In this document: positions 46,087 through 59,537 of the stretch, piece after piece
Position numbering within the stretch: position 1 is the first letter of the stretch
Layout: each line of letters starts with the position of its first letter
Origin: Lytechinus pictus
Lineage: Eukaryota
Assembly: GCF_037042905.1 (NCBI RefSeq)
Contig: NC_087247.1
Location: 19,406,001 to 19,470,000 of the forward strand
Length of the DNA: 64,000 bases
Direction of reading: 5' to 3'
Program-made: the position numbers and the translations under genes
Notes under the pieces: generated by a model
Seen by the model: only the letters and a program-made list of their open reading frames with translations
Told to the model about the DNA's origin: nothing
Databases searched by the model: none

Positions 46087-49000
46087 GTAAGTGAGGATGG
46101 GATTGACATGGATTTTTTTTTTATGTTAGAAATTGTCTACTTTACTACACTCATAACAAATCCCTTTTTGGAATAAATAATCAAGTGACTTAACACCTTT
46201 TCACGTTTGTGCCCTGCACAAAATCAAAGGCCTGCTTCAAAGATGTTTGTACAATCAATAAAAATTATTTTTTGAATAATCCTTGATGAAATGTCTTGTG
46301 ACTTTTCCTTGTAATTATGTTTTTAACTTTTTTAATATAGAGTCTACTGTTCTCAACATTGCAAATCACAAGCCAAATTTCATATTTCTCTTGCTTCAAA
46401 TATTGTGTTTGTGAAATTGTTTAAATTCTTTGAACATGGGTAATTTTACCAAGCACGTGTACCAGCTGCTTAAGAATATCATAAATTCCCCAAATGGACG
46501 GAAGCAGTTATGAGCTTTCATCAGAATTCTTCAAGAACATAGACTCATTAAGTATGGAAACTACTGAAGTCTAAACGTAAGGGATGTGTCAATAATCTAT
46601 AACTTTTTCTGGAGAATGAGCGACATAAAATTATTTTCTACTTGTGTATTGTATATTCAGTAGATTAAAATTGTATTTATGTGATAATCTGTGTATTGTT
46701 TCAAAGCTATTCTTTATTATATTCAGTTTGATGATTTTGACTGTATGCTGAACCAAACTAATATTGGCCACAACAACAACAAGTACTATGTTGTTCAACT
46801 CTTGCAATCTCACTTAGGATATGCTGTTTTTACCAGATGGGGAAGAGTGGTAAGTAATCAAGATTCAAAATCATCTCTTGTAAAACTCTCATGAATTACA
46901 TCTAATTCAAGGAAGCTGAAAAAATAACATTTAAATCATGAATTACTAAAGGGGACAATGCTGTGTCAGAAGTTATGTTGCTGAAACTTTCTAATGGTAG
47001 TTCTTACATTTCCGTATGGACAATGCATACACTTTTTAACCTCAAATTTTCTTTAAAAGTTCAACGTTGTGGTCAAAACTCAAGTATGACAAAGCAACCT
47101 GCTCGTCTTATAAAATGTCCACTTTGATCAAAGATAAATCTTCCTTTGACCAATTTTCTTTGTTGGTCCTCTTCCTTCATCCTTTCCAGGGAGAGTCAGG
47201 CCAGCAAGCAACACAGGAATTTAATGGCAGTGATATCGAAGCTGCCAAGAAATTCTTCTGCAAGAAGTTTAATGACAAGACCAAGAACAAGTGGGAAGAC
47301 CGGGCAAACTTTGTGCCCAAGGCCGGCAAATATACCCTGATAGAGGTGGAGGACGCAGATAACGAGGAACTTCAGGAGACGAGTGAAAAGGTATTTTGAT
47401 TTTGAAGAGTCTTAACCTATATAGTTCATGCTAAACAGTCACCTCACACAGTAGTCTTTATGTTATTCACATTTGCTTCAAGTTCAACACATCTGATGAA
47501 TGTATGATATAGGCCGTGCCAAAATCAACTATTCCTAAATTGGATGTCAAGGACCTTGATTTAATATTTTTCTGTGTATAATTTTCTGATCCTCAGGAGT
47601 ATTACTCTCTTTATTAGAAGCTATGAAACGAAACATACATTTATCTGAGCATGACTGAGATACTTTAAAATTACAATTGCTGGGCTATTGCCTGTTCAAA
47701 AAAAAATCTTCAGAAAGATCAGAGTTGAGGTCAAGAATATTCCAGGGGACATTTGAATATCAAATCATGGCTGTGAACCAGAAAAAAAAAAAAGGTTTTA
47801 ATATAATATTACAACTTAATACATGTAACTGTAAGTGACAAGCCATTTCGGAAAACATGTTGTAAATCAGTTGTATACATTTCTTGTATGACTTTATATT
47901 ACAAGACACTGATCTCCATTAATTTTATATATTACATTCAAGTATTTTAGTCAAATCTGATCACTTGATATTTAAAATCTGAGCATATACAGTTTATATG
48001 TTAACATTTCTGCAAAATTTTGTTTTGTCAGTTTGTATGCCAAACTTAAAAATCTTGCTTTCTGAGGTACATCAATTTCTCTTGCTGATATTCCTGTTTT
48101 TGTATAATTTGTTATCAGCTTGCTGAGGTAGATGACTCGTCTAAGACAGTGCTTCCTTCCAAGCTGGATAAGGTTACACAGGATTTTGTCAAACTGGTTT
48201 TCAACGAGGACATGTTCAAGGAACAGATGACCAAGTTTGAAATTGGTAATGCAAGCATTCCATATTTTATTTGATAAAGTATACACAAGAGTCTAGTATA
48301 AAATAATGTGTAAAGCTTCAAATCAAGAGCTAACCTTTGGATATTTTATATATTGGAGATGAGTCAATGCCCAGGAATAGACTTATGGTTCACTATATCC
48401 AACTAAAAAAAATACTGACTGCAAATTGGCACCCAGATGCAGTGGCATTCAATATTCATGTGTTTGTGTTTGTATCATGAGCAACATACATTGAGGCCTA
48501 CTGGACATGAAAATTTTCACATTGTCACTTTATCCAATTATTCCCTTATTATTGTTTTATCATACATGTAGGACTAGGAAGTACATGTAGTATGAAAGAC
48601 GCAAGGCAAGCGCCATTTAAAGTCCCCAATGATTCAGTCTCTAGTACAATTAACTATATTCATTTATTATTACCTCCATGATACAGTGGTTCAGGTGCAG
48701 GATGCATTTAATATGTATGATGGTGGTCCCCAAGTCTGCACACCTAACAATTTGAGTTGAGATTTAACATGAATTTCTTTTTATTTCAAAAAATCTTTCA
48801 GTTGATAATGTTCCTTATGGTATTATGAGTAAGTGTACCAAATATCTCATAAAAATTTGAAAGAAATTATAGGAATTTCCAGATTGAAAAAAAAAATGGT
48901 ACCCCATGTCTGCGCACCCATTCACTTTGCACACGATTCAGGGATTATGATGAGAAAGGCTGCATTTTGAGGTCGTCACATGAAATGCCCTAAATTCATT

Positions 49001-52000
49001 ATTTTCCCACCATTTTGAGTCAGATTTTTTAATGAATATCTTATCCGTCTATGTATTGCATGTGTAAAGTCTGTGTTCGTTGCGTATCTTCTTTTACTAG
49101 AATCAGGCAGATTCACGTGTGTGTAGACAAAGGGGACTGCGCAGACTTGGGGGAACTTGCCATAACCATTATTGTTATGAGTGGTAGAATATACACCCAT
49201 GCCAAAGACAGTCCAATAGTATCACAAACTACTAGAGGTCCAGATCACTGATATTTCCTCAATATTTTGGTTAAAAGTGGGTAGAGGACTAATGTAAGAT
49301 ATTTTCTCTTTTTTGGTGGAAGCCATGGGGTATACTCAAATTAAAGTGGCTCTTAAGTTCGTTGTGGCTTTGATAAGTTTCCAGTCCCCTCTAAATAGTA
49401 TCAAAGCATCAGACAATACATTTGATTATGCAGGTGTGAAAAGGATTGGAAATGTGGTAGCAGTAGATGTACATGTAACCCATACCATTCAAATAATACA
49501 AATCAGTTCACAGTGGTTCAGCTACATGTATGACCCCCTCAGGTTGATTTTTATTGCATGTTTGGTAAAAGTGTTATAATCATTGTTGTGGGGACTTTGG
49601 GAAATTATATTCAAATTCACATTACCAGTGACCCAAGGCAGTGCGCGTTGGCTTTCACTGTTTTCTTCAATTTTTTGGTCATTGGAGCAGGCAGTGGATT
49701 TATTTTTTGAAGTGTTATTATTAGTATTTATTCAGAAAATGAAGATGATACAAAGAATACATAATGATTCTGTAATTTGATGTTTCCTAGCATAATGTTT
49801 CTTAGCAATATATGTATTATATATTGGCTTTTCTGTTCAAAGGGAATATTCTACAATATCCCATATGCCAATATCTTATTCTTTATAATTTTTATTTGTC
49901 CTACAGATGTAAAGAAGATGCCGCTTGGTAAGCTCAGCAAGGCTCAGATCGCCAAGGGCTTTGAAGCTTTAGAAGAACTTGAAGATGCGATACAGAAGAA
50001 GGCAAACAAGGGCAAGTTGAGTGAACTTTCCTCCAAGTTTTACACCATCATCCCTCATTCTTTTGGAAGGAATATACCTCCTCTGATTGATGATGCTGAG
50101 AAGATCCAGGCAAAGAAAGACATGCTTATTGTAAGTATTTTCGTGAATCATTATCCTTTCCAGCACCTTACTATCAATATACATTAGCAGGTAGTGGATC
50201 TTTTACAAAAGTTTTTGGATGGACAGTATTATACATTGGCTTGCCATATGCCATTAAGATGCTAGGTGCATGTGTGTTTGTTGTGAAAATTGGGGTGTAG
50301 TGAAAAAGTTTGTACAGAACTACAGTTAGAATGATCATGGTCAACTGACGATCATGTGGATTGCATTCCTGGATTATGAGTGAATACCTACCATTCAGTG
50401 GCACTGATTTGATGTGTATATTTAACTCTTTGTCCGCCAAGTTCACCGATTGGCACACTTGCTGCTTCGCCAAGTACGCCGATCGGCACAAATCTCACGA
50501 CAATCCGATTACATTGATTTATATTGTATTGTGTGTACACACACGCCATTGTGTTATTCGCATCGCGTTCTAAACACTTGCACGCTCCCTGACATTAGTT
50601 GATTACATATCGTTCCCATTCAACTTTTTTGAGAAAAGTTAAATTTTTTGGACTGTTTCCACAAGTTTTGAGATGGCCTCTGGTCGAAGGAGACAGTGAC
50701 TTTTCTCTCCTGATGAAGTTCGAGATTTGATTATTGCTTCACTTCCAGCGGCTGACTCGGATTCCGAGGGCAGTGATTCTGAGTCCGAGGGTGAATCTGA
50801 GAACGGTCCCACTCGTAGACATTCGTGTGCTTCCATTCACACTTGCTGTAGTACATGTATCTCTAATTTTATTTTGATGGAAATGAAATTTCTGAAAGAA
50901 CCACTACAAATCAAGACTATATTATATTATAATTAGAATTTATTTATTCCTATATATATATATATATATATTATATAATGGCATAACAAAATGGTATGGC
51001 CTATATGAGCCCCCCCCCCCCAAAAAAAAAAAAAAAAAAGTTTGAAGAACTAACAGTTTATTCAATCCAAATTATTTTTCTTGAGTCTACAAACTACTTT
51101 GCAAATACATGTCAGAGTCACAGGGGAGAGGTGTCAAACAGTCTATTCATCTACAGCATTGCAATACATTATCATTACCACATGTGTATACCCAAGAAGG
51201 CATATTGATTTTTCTGGCAATAGGGGATTCTGTGCACGGCGGACAAAGAGTTACTTGGAAAGTGGACATAGTCTCTTCAACTGACAATTTCACTTTAATT
51301 GAATTCCAATAAGTTTCTATTTGATAAGATATTCTATGAAGTGTTCTGTTACTGATCATTTTTTTCTTTATTTGTCTTTGTTTATATATTTTCAGGTTCT
51401 TGGAGATATTGAGCTTGCACTGGGTATGCAGAAGGAAAAGAAGAAAAAAGATGCTGCTGTAAGTATTGATATCTGTCAAGACCATAGTGTAAAATTGTAT
51501 TATCATGGCAAATGCAGTTTGTTTTAAAGCCTGTAACATCTGGGGGGGGGGGGGGACCATACCATTAGAGACTTTGGATTCCTAATAACAGATAGGTCCA
51601 TTCTTCAGAGAAACAAATCCATTGCTAAAGCTTATACCTCAAATTTTGTTAGAATTTTAATTCTGATCATATACAAAGGAGTGTGGAACATATATAATAT
51701 AACATCAATTGTAATACTCTGTGAAATTAAGTAACATTTGTAAGCATAGTAGGGTGGGAAGTTACGTTAATGCGAGCATGGCGACTGGCTCGCATACTCC
51801 ACAGGGAGTGAAGAATGTGTTTATATTGTTTTTGCAATTTCGGGTAAACCTGAATGAATTGAATAATCGTTGACTCTGTTTGAACAGGCTGGCGATGCTA
51901 TACCCCATCCACTCGATGTCAAGTATGATCTTCTCAAATGCAATCTGGAGCTTCTTGACCCATCATCCAAGGAGTTCAAAGTAAGTCATCTGAAATAAAT

Positions 52001-55000
52001 ATAACTTTATATAGTGGATGTTACCAAAGAAAGCAAAATCAGGAATATGGGGATTGATGGGTGGGAGAAAGAGAAAAATGGGTTTAATGCCTTTATCTTA
52101 CCGCAAAACAAATGGAAAGGAATTCAATATTAACAAAAGGATGTAATGTATGTGAATTCAATCTTTGAACCCTGTTGATGCACTGTTTGGGGGGGGGGGG
52201 TAAAAATAGTAAACTTGTCACTGTATCATGCCTGTATATTGCTTATTAGTAGTTCTGAGTGGTTTGTATTTACTTGTTCTACAAGCAGATGGTCCAATTC
52301 TTTGATCATCTAAGACCATTATGACTGAACTAATTTTGTCTACTATAGATTTGTTCTGTTTACTATTTTGTTGAATCATCAATATTCATATGAGGTTTAA
52401 GTACCATTTAGTCTAATGCCCAGAAGGTCTTGTTTTCAATCTGACTACTTGTTACATGTACTTAACACTTTGTCAAGTGGAAAGTTGGCTTACATAAAAC
52501 AGTTCATCTAATACTAGCCAAAATGGGTATGGCCTAACTGAAAATACAAGAAAGTAGTGGATGGGCTGAATGGCGATTAGACCAATTACTAGGAGACAAA
52601 CTGATTGCAGAGGAACAAGGGCCGTGTTGGATGAGATCAAGCAGTAAGAAAATGAAATGGTTGTAGTCTTGTAGACCAAGCCGCAATTTGAATTTGGGTA
52701 ATTGTATCCTCGACTTCAAAGCCATACATCTATGATAACTGCCTATTCTTAATCTATTTACACTCATTGCTATTTAGATCACACTGTGATGATCGGTGCA
52801 TGTTTTCCAACTTGTTTCCACAGATTGTTAAGACCTACATTGCTAACACTGGCCACAGTGGTTCTGAGAAGCAGCTTCTTCATGTCTGGAAGATGGACAG
52901 AGAAGATGAGGTGACATTTGCTTTTAACTATGTTCTTTCTTTGGTGACACAACATTATAGGGTTAGAGCTAGGGTTGCAATAGGGTTTTATGCTAGGTTT
53001 TGGGTAGGGTCCAGGGTTCAAGTTGGTCATTCAATTAATGTATGGAATTTGCAGCAGAGCATTTGTCGTCGAAGCAAATGTCATAGAACACTTCCTTTTT
53101 CATATTTTCTCATATTTCCATATAAGTTTTTGAAAAAAAATCATCCGAGCATTTTCAAAGGTGTCATACAATCTTACAATCATTTATTACTGAAACAAAG
53201 ACTGACTGTTTTAACTTCTCCCCATTTAGAATGTTATCAAGAACCAGGAAATGCAGGAGGTGTTAATGTTTATGTGGTTTGCGAAGCAATTAAATAACAT
53301 CTTGAACATCTCAACTTTCATTCTGTAAAAATGTAGTGTGTAATTGTGCAGATAGCATCAATTGGAAAATATGTACTGAAGAGACTTTCTTTCTTTTTCA
53401 TGAAGTGGTGGGCGACCGACCCTATTATATACAAAGCCGATGTCTGTTGCTTCCTGTAAAGAAAAAAATAATTGGTCCTTGAAATTTATGAGTGTTTATT
53501 TGCATATGGTTTACAGCACAGTTATTACTAAGTCCCTTTTTACTCAAAAGTTTATGGCTTGAATTCTATCACTTAAAAAGGGAGAAATACTGACAAAGGA
53601 TTACAGTTTATTTGATTCACAAAGTCTAATCTGTTGTACTACAATTAATATTAGAACTTAAATAATTGACCAGTTTCCTTGGAAGTACTTCTTCTGTAGC
53701 CATGCCCTTATCTGCTATTTACCCATATTTCGGCCATTTTTTTTTCAATAGATATGTAATATGAAAAGCTTGTTGCACAAAACTTTTTTTCTAGTCTCTT
53801 TCAAGCAATAAATGCTGGACTCACATGGAAATGAATGAAATAATTATGATTCTATCAGCCCAGGCATTAAAAACCCAATAATTAACAAGGAGAAAGGGTA
53901 AAATATTTAATGTGAACAGAACACATGCAGCTGGAGCAACTCTCTAATTTCTAGGAATCTGTTTTCAATATTTCAACAGAGTGATAGATTTACTGCACAC
54001 ACTGATATCACAAACCGTCGTCTCCTGTGGCATGGTACCAATGTGGCTGTAGTAGCCGCTATCTTGAAAACGGGACTTCGCATCATGCCACATTCAGGAG
54101 GACGAGTAGGACGAGGCATATATCTTGCATCGGAGCAAAGCAAATCACGTGGATATGGTAAGTACAAATCTGTTGATCGTGAAAGAAAAGGTGATATGAT
54201 GACATCACACAATTGCATGCTGTTTATGCCATCAAAAGTATGTTTGTTCAATATTCTTCTTTTGTGTGATATCCTGAAAGGTTTTCAATTCATTTCAAAT
54301 TTGGTTTTTGTTTATTGAATTAAATTAACTTGAAGTGAATTGAATTGAATGTCCATCAGAATCTTTCATTGACATATCATATAATATATCTGCGACACAA
54401 AGAGGTCATAAAAACATTTACAACTTTTTTCCTGTGCAGTATCTGGCACATCTTTTGAGACTGAATGGGCTGCATCTTCGTATGCAATAAGGAAGTAATA
54501 AAATATCTGCCTACAGACAAAACATTAATGATTGTTCATAACAATTTGCAGCAAAAATGCTAAGGGGGTGGAATCCACCCACCCACCCCCATCTATGTTA
54601 GAGTATAAAAATCACACACTGTTAGGATTAATGATTTCAGTCTTCCACTTTTGCAATATACTACCATGTAATTTAATTCATACAGTTGGAGTAGCAAACG
54701 ATGGCCGAGCCGTGATGTTCCTGAATGAAGCAGCCCTGGGTAAAGAGCATTACATCACAGCTAATAATAGCTCTCTTACTAAAGCACCTAATGGATGTGA
54801 CTGTGTCATTGCTAAAGGAAACCAAGAACCAGGTATGATTCTCAAAGAACTTCACCGAAGACAGACATTGTTTTGTTGGGAAACTCATCAAATTGCTATT
54901 AACCCCGACCAGGCCAGGCTTTTTGGGCTGTAGAGAGACATGGTGATTCCATCCCCCCTTGAGATCTTGGCCACTTAGCGATGTGAAAATCAATTTTATA

Positions 55001-55574
55001 TCATGATTAAGGCAATGAATAGAAAATTGCATAATGAGAAGAAAGTCTTGATACATTTAAATGTGTGTTAAACCTTCTATCAGACAGTCTTAGAAGAATA
55101 AAATGGTTCTGAGACTGTTTAGAAAAAGTAACAGATTAACAAAAATTAAAAGAAATTAGTATTGAGGAAAAAACATATATTTTGCCATTTGTATTACATG
55201 ATACAATTTGAATCAATATTATATTGAAAACCAACTTGCCTTTTTCTTTGCATCTTAAAATTCAGGTTGCGTATGTCATAGGTGAATTTAAATATTTTTC
55301 TGGTAAAATTTACTCACCAAAACCAAATATTTTTTTTGAACTCTCATATTGTTACATAGCCTCATTTTATGTTGTCTGCATGCGTACATTTTTTTTTTCA
55401 GATCCGAAGAAGGAAACCGTCTTGAAGCTTGATGGCAAGGATGTGGTTGTCCCCCAGGGAAAACCAGTCAAGCAATCAAAATACTCGTCATCTCACTTCT
55501 ACCAGAGCGAGTACCTCCTCTATAAAGAAAGTCAGAACAGAATGAGATATCTCTGCCTCTTCAAGTTTTGGTAA
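45910..55574 (+). CDS. PARP3: Poly/mono(ADP-ribose) polymerase 3 orthologue: WGR, regulatory helical and ART domains; 11 coding exons, 530 aa
   Basis: Exons 45910-46086, 46727-46849, 47190-47390, 48119-48245, 49907-50130, 51396-51458, 51888-51980, 52824-52910, 53980-54157, 54686-54832, 55402-55574. All introns are GT-AG with consistent phases and the total is 1593 nt. Motifs: LNQTNIGHNNNKYY..WGRVGE, KMPLGKLSKAQIAKGFEAL, LLWHGTNVAVVAAILKTGLRIMPHSGGRVGRGIY (PARP3-typical) and QSEYLLY. Confidence 0.95.
46727..46849 (+). CDS. PARP3: PARP3 coding exon 2 (WGR domain)
   Basis: CAG|FDDFDCMLNQTN...TRWGRV|GTAAGT. Confidence 0.95.
47190..47390 (+). CDS. PARP3: PARP3 coding exon 3 (WGR C-terminal part)
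   Basis: CAG|GESGQQ...KKFNDKTKNKWEDRANFVPKAGKYTLIE...EK|GT. Confidence 0.95.
48119..48245 (+). CDS. PARP3: PARP3 coding exon 4 (start of regulatory domain)
   Basis: CAG|LAEVDD...PSKLDKVTQDFVKLVFNEDMFKEQM...|GTAAT; phase 1. Confidence 0.92.
49907..50130 (+). CDS. PARP3: PARP3 coding exon 5
   Basis: DVKKMPLGKLSKAQIAKGFEAL...FYTIIPHSFGR...KKDMLI|GTAAGT. Confidence 0.95.
50426..50830 (+). mobile_element. Possible piggyBac-like 5' remnant in a PARP3 intron
   Basis: TTAA|CTCTTTG start, then a decayed acidic/Ser-rich N-terminus from ATG 50673 (MASGRRRQ*LFSPDEVRDLII...DSDSEGSDSESEGESE) of the kind found in piggyBac transposases. No second TIR seen. Confidence 0.45.
51396..51458 (+). CDS. PARP3: PARP3 coding exon 6
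   Basis: CAG|VLGDIELALGMQKEKKKKDAA|GTAAGT. Confidence 0.92.
51888..51980 (+). CDS. PARP3: PARP3 coding exon 7
   Basis: CAG|AGDAIPHPLDVKYDLLKCNLELLDPSSKEFK|GTAAGT. Confidence 0.93.
52824..52910 (+). CDS. PARP3: PARP3 coding exon 8
   Basis: CAG|IVKTYIANTG...LHVWKMDREDE|GTGAC. Confidence 0.9.
53980..54157 (+). CDS. PARP3: PARP3 coding exon 9 (catalytic H and Y)
   Basis: SDRF...RRLLWHGTN...GIYLASEQSKSRGY|GTAAGT. Confidence 0.96.
54686..54832 (+). CDS. PARP3: PARP3 coding exon 10
   Basis: VGVANDGRAVMFLNEAALGKEH...VIAKGNQEP|GTATG. Confidence 0.94.
55402..55574 (+). CDS. PARP3: PARP3 coding exon 11 (catalytic E, stop)
   Basis: DPKKET...VPQGKP...QSEYLLYKESQNRMRYLCLFKFW*. Confidence 0.95.
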
Positions 55575-58274
55575 TCACCTCACATTGCTGCAATGTATCT
55601 TGGTTGCTTGAGGATTGTCTGAACAGACTTCTGCTAGAAATTGTGTCTCTTAGATAAGGTATGAAACCTGTGGAGCATTTGTTATTCAACATATTTACGT
55701 TAGCTGGTAGAAATATATTGACTGTCCACTCTTCTTTTTTGTTATTATAAGGTGTATGTAACATATGCTTTATTCACTGCCCTCTGACTCACTTTTATTA
55801 CAGTAGTTGCATGTGCTGAATTTTGTTGAAGTGAAATTTTTCAGAAAATTTGCTTCAAATTCTGTCACTTGATTTGATCAGAGTGTGAAAACAGGATTGC
55901 TTTTGACCATTGCATGTTAACTATTCTTTAATTTAATCTGAAAAAAAATCTTACAACTCATAAAGCAGTTGTGTGTTATGTTCAAAGATCATGATTTTTT
56001 TTTTCATTTTGCTTTTATAAATGAATGCTTTGATCAGAACGAAATGAAAATGAATAACATACAGTATCTGTGTAGGAGAAGAAGGATACATATAGGAAAA
56101 TATTCTAGGTTTTCCTGGAGAAATGAAAAGATATTCAACCATCTAAGTATGATTAAGAAACCTAATCTTAACCCAATTCCATCCTATATCTTGCCCGAGA
56201 GGCAGTTGCCTTTGTGGAAAATGCAGCTTTTTAGATGAACAATTTCAATTTGTTGAAATATCAGTTTATACTTCAAAATGATGAAATGTTGCTCTTATCA
56301 TATGACAATTTATATAATCGCTTTCAAACTGCTCCTTTTTCTAAGAATGTTGGTATCAATCCATTCTGCTGTGCTTGGCGAATCCAAGTATGTAGAATTT
56401 CAGTATAAACAGGTACTGTGATTATCTACAAATGGCAGTTCAAATGACAGAAATATCTTCTATTTTTAACTTCCTTTTTATTTGAAAACATGTTCTCTTT
56501 TGCCAAATGTCAGCTGTATCCACTTTTATGCTGTTTTAATTCCATTGTTGATAGAAATTTCCTGTCTTTCTTACAGAATTACATGTGTGAAGATATATTC
56601 TCTAAGTGAGTTAGAAATAATTTTATGATGAATGTTTTAGAGATGGTACTTTTTATAAGCTTGTGGAATAAGGCTAGTCTAGATATCTTAATGCATATTA
56701 ATATACAGAGGGTATATTCACTTGCCAATAAATTCATATATTTTACCTGTCAAATCAAAGATTTTATAGTCACTGTTTTTAATATGCACTGAAATATGTT
56801 ATGGTAACATAATTGTATCGATAAATGTATTATTTCTATGTTTTTTTAATAATGCAGACACCAAAATCTTACATCAATTCATGTAGTATGAAGATTTGAT
56901 ATGACATAAATTATTTGTATACATATTTCAATTAAGTGATCTAAAAAAATATATGATTCTTTGAAATCTATGCATATTTTACAGAAAATGCCTACAGAGT
57001 AAATCAGAACTTTGATTTTAATGTATGATAGATTAATGTGGGTGTGATGTAATAGTATTTTAGTTTAATTTAATTTTTGTTTTACATGTATTTCATTTCC
57101 AGTAATACAATAACAATAGTGAATATCAAAACTTTGAATACAAAATTAAGAATCCAATGTCAGAAGACAAAGAAAATACAAACACTCAAAAAGAGAAAAG
57201 TTCATCAGCTAATGCCTGGGGATTATCAAAATAAATCAGGATTCTGTTAAGACTTTTCTCATTAGCTGGTGATAAAGATAGATCAAATGCAGTCCAACAT
57301 TATGAACCAAAGATATTTTGTAAAAAATAGAATAAAAACATAAGTCACAAATGCAGGTTTTAGAGGGTTTTTTAAGGAAAACAAAAATAAAAAAGGAAAG
57401 AAAAAGGGGAAAACAGAGTTTTAATCTCCATGTTTTAAATAATTTATCATGTGTATATTGTGAAATGTGTAAATAGAAATCAAGAATATCAACATCGATA
57501 AAAATGTGCTCATAGTTATACAATTTAATCAAGAAATATGGATTACACAAGCAACTTTTTTACTGTATGTCTATAAAAGTTTACATTTGATGTTTACATT
57601 TGATGCTATATAGGATAAACAGGGGGAGAATATAAGCCATTTTTACTTTTAAAGTCAGGAAATTTGAAATTTTCTAAGAGACTGTCCACTCCTTGTGCAC
57701 CCATGTTATATTTGGCCTTATCTGCCTGTAACTGATTCTCAAAATCATGTTTTATTTTCTTCACTTTTAACTCAAAGGTCATCATGAGTAGATGACCTTT
57801 GAGGGTGAATAGAGTACAATATATCCAATGTATGAAAGGTGTGAACTGTTGTGTAAAACAATCGTTTTCAAAATTATATCCTTCATGTTAATGTAGAAGT
57901 TGTAGCTGCACATACTACAAATCATTCTTATTCCTGTACACCTTGTTGATGAAGCTATTCTTTCAATTCGTTATTGAAACAATCTGGGTGATATTATTTT
58001 CAAAACTTCCTGATTGCCAGAATAAACTAGCTGTATGAATGTGTATTCCATACATGTAGACAAAAAGATTCAGTTGGAGTTTGTTATCTTTGTGTCAGAT
58101 TATCTCATTTACTCAAATTTTTGTTCACTTTATGAGAGCAAAATAGTTATCAGTATTCATTCGCTATTGTGTGTGTTACAGGAAGTCATGTATGCATGAG
58201 TAAAGTATGAGAGTCAAGTTGTGAATGATAACTTTCAGAGTAAAACACCCATGTGGATGCGGGGGGGGGGGGGG

Positions 58275-58545
58275 AATAATGATAATATAGGGTATTTATA
58301 TTGCGCACATATCCACCTTGTTAGGTGCTCAAGGCGCTCCTATATTACCCGGCTAAGCTAGGCGTTCATAGCGCACACAGCTCTTAAGGAATTACTTCCT
58401 ACCAGTACCCATTTACCTCACCTGGGTTGAGTGCAGCACACTGTGGATCAGTTTCTTGCTGAAGGAAATTACGCCATGGCTGGGATTCGAACCCACGACC
58501 CTCTGTTTCAGCGTTCGAAGACTAATCCACTGGGCCACAACACTT
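58275..58545 (-). mobile_element. tRNA-derived SINE (second family) with L2-type 3' tail
   Basis: Minus strand: A-box-like TGGCCCAGTGG, B box GGTTCGAATCCC, 3' tail GCGCCTTGAGCACCT...TGGATATGTGCGC and an (ATT)n-like end. Confidence 0.85.
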
Positions 58546-59537
58546 CACTTGGTATTTTCAGATTAGAGAATTTATTTTTCTCCATATCTCATTGCATACT
58601 AAAGGGAAATAGCCCTTTGCTGTATTTTTAGCTTCTGTTAACCCAATACCACTGAGCTATTTTCCTATCAAATTATTATGGGTGATGGGGTTGTGGCCTA
58701 CTTTCCTCTGCTACTGATCATGCCAATTAAGTCAGTACACAGTTCGCCGATGACATAGTAACATTGCATACTTAAAATCTTACTTAATTGTTTCATTGAT
58801 TATTCCATTGAAATAATATATGCATGAAATTACAATTTAGCTCTAAATCCCCCCTAAAATAATAGAAAATAGACATTTGTTTTTAATTCCTGAATATATA
58901 TGATCAATAGATATTCAATATCAATATTAGTTCAGGTATATTTCATTGTTTTTGTTTTATTGATTCTTATGTACATCTTTGTTTTTCGGACTTTATTTTG
59001 GAAATCATGACATTATCACAATTACAGATCACATGAAAACAAATCTTGGAAAGAACAAGTAAATTATACTTGAAATTTGTACATGACTTGTACATGAAAT
59101 CCCGTTTTTGAGCAGGTTGTGTCCGATATGCACTTAATGGATTCCGTAACTTACTCGGGCGTCGGGAATTTGGTTTCAAAAGTTGGCGTGAGACTTAAAA
59201 TAGGTCATGAAATCATGTTATTTGATTTCTGGGGGGGGGGAGCACGTCCCCCATGGTGTTTCGGTTAAGATCATGGGAGTTTTTTTCATATATCTGGTAT
59301 ATTGCTTCCTTGTTTGAAAGGAAATGATTGCATGATTTCCTGTACTTGCTTCTGCCAAAAAATATCTTCCTAATTACTAGCAAAAAATGGTTTATGCATA
59401 GTCAGGGAGTGGATGAGATTGAAAGAGTATGGGAGGGGGAGGGGCATGTATATCCTGGGTATAGGATACTAAATTTGTATGTTCATGTTGTGAAATTCAT
59501 TGCAAAATCCGAAGATTACGAATTGCCACTTTACGCC

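Noticed and set aside
48683-49521. 12-bp direct repeat ACAGTGGTTCAG flanking a segment with internal inverted repeats
   Set aside because: I could not define termini adjacent to the repeats, so the evidence is insufficient to call an element.
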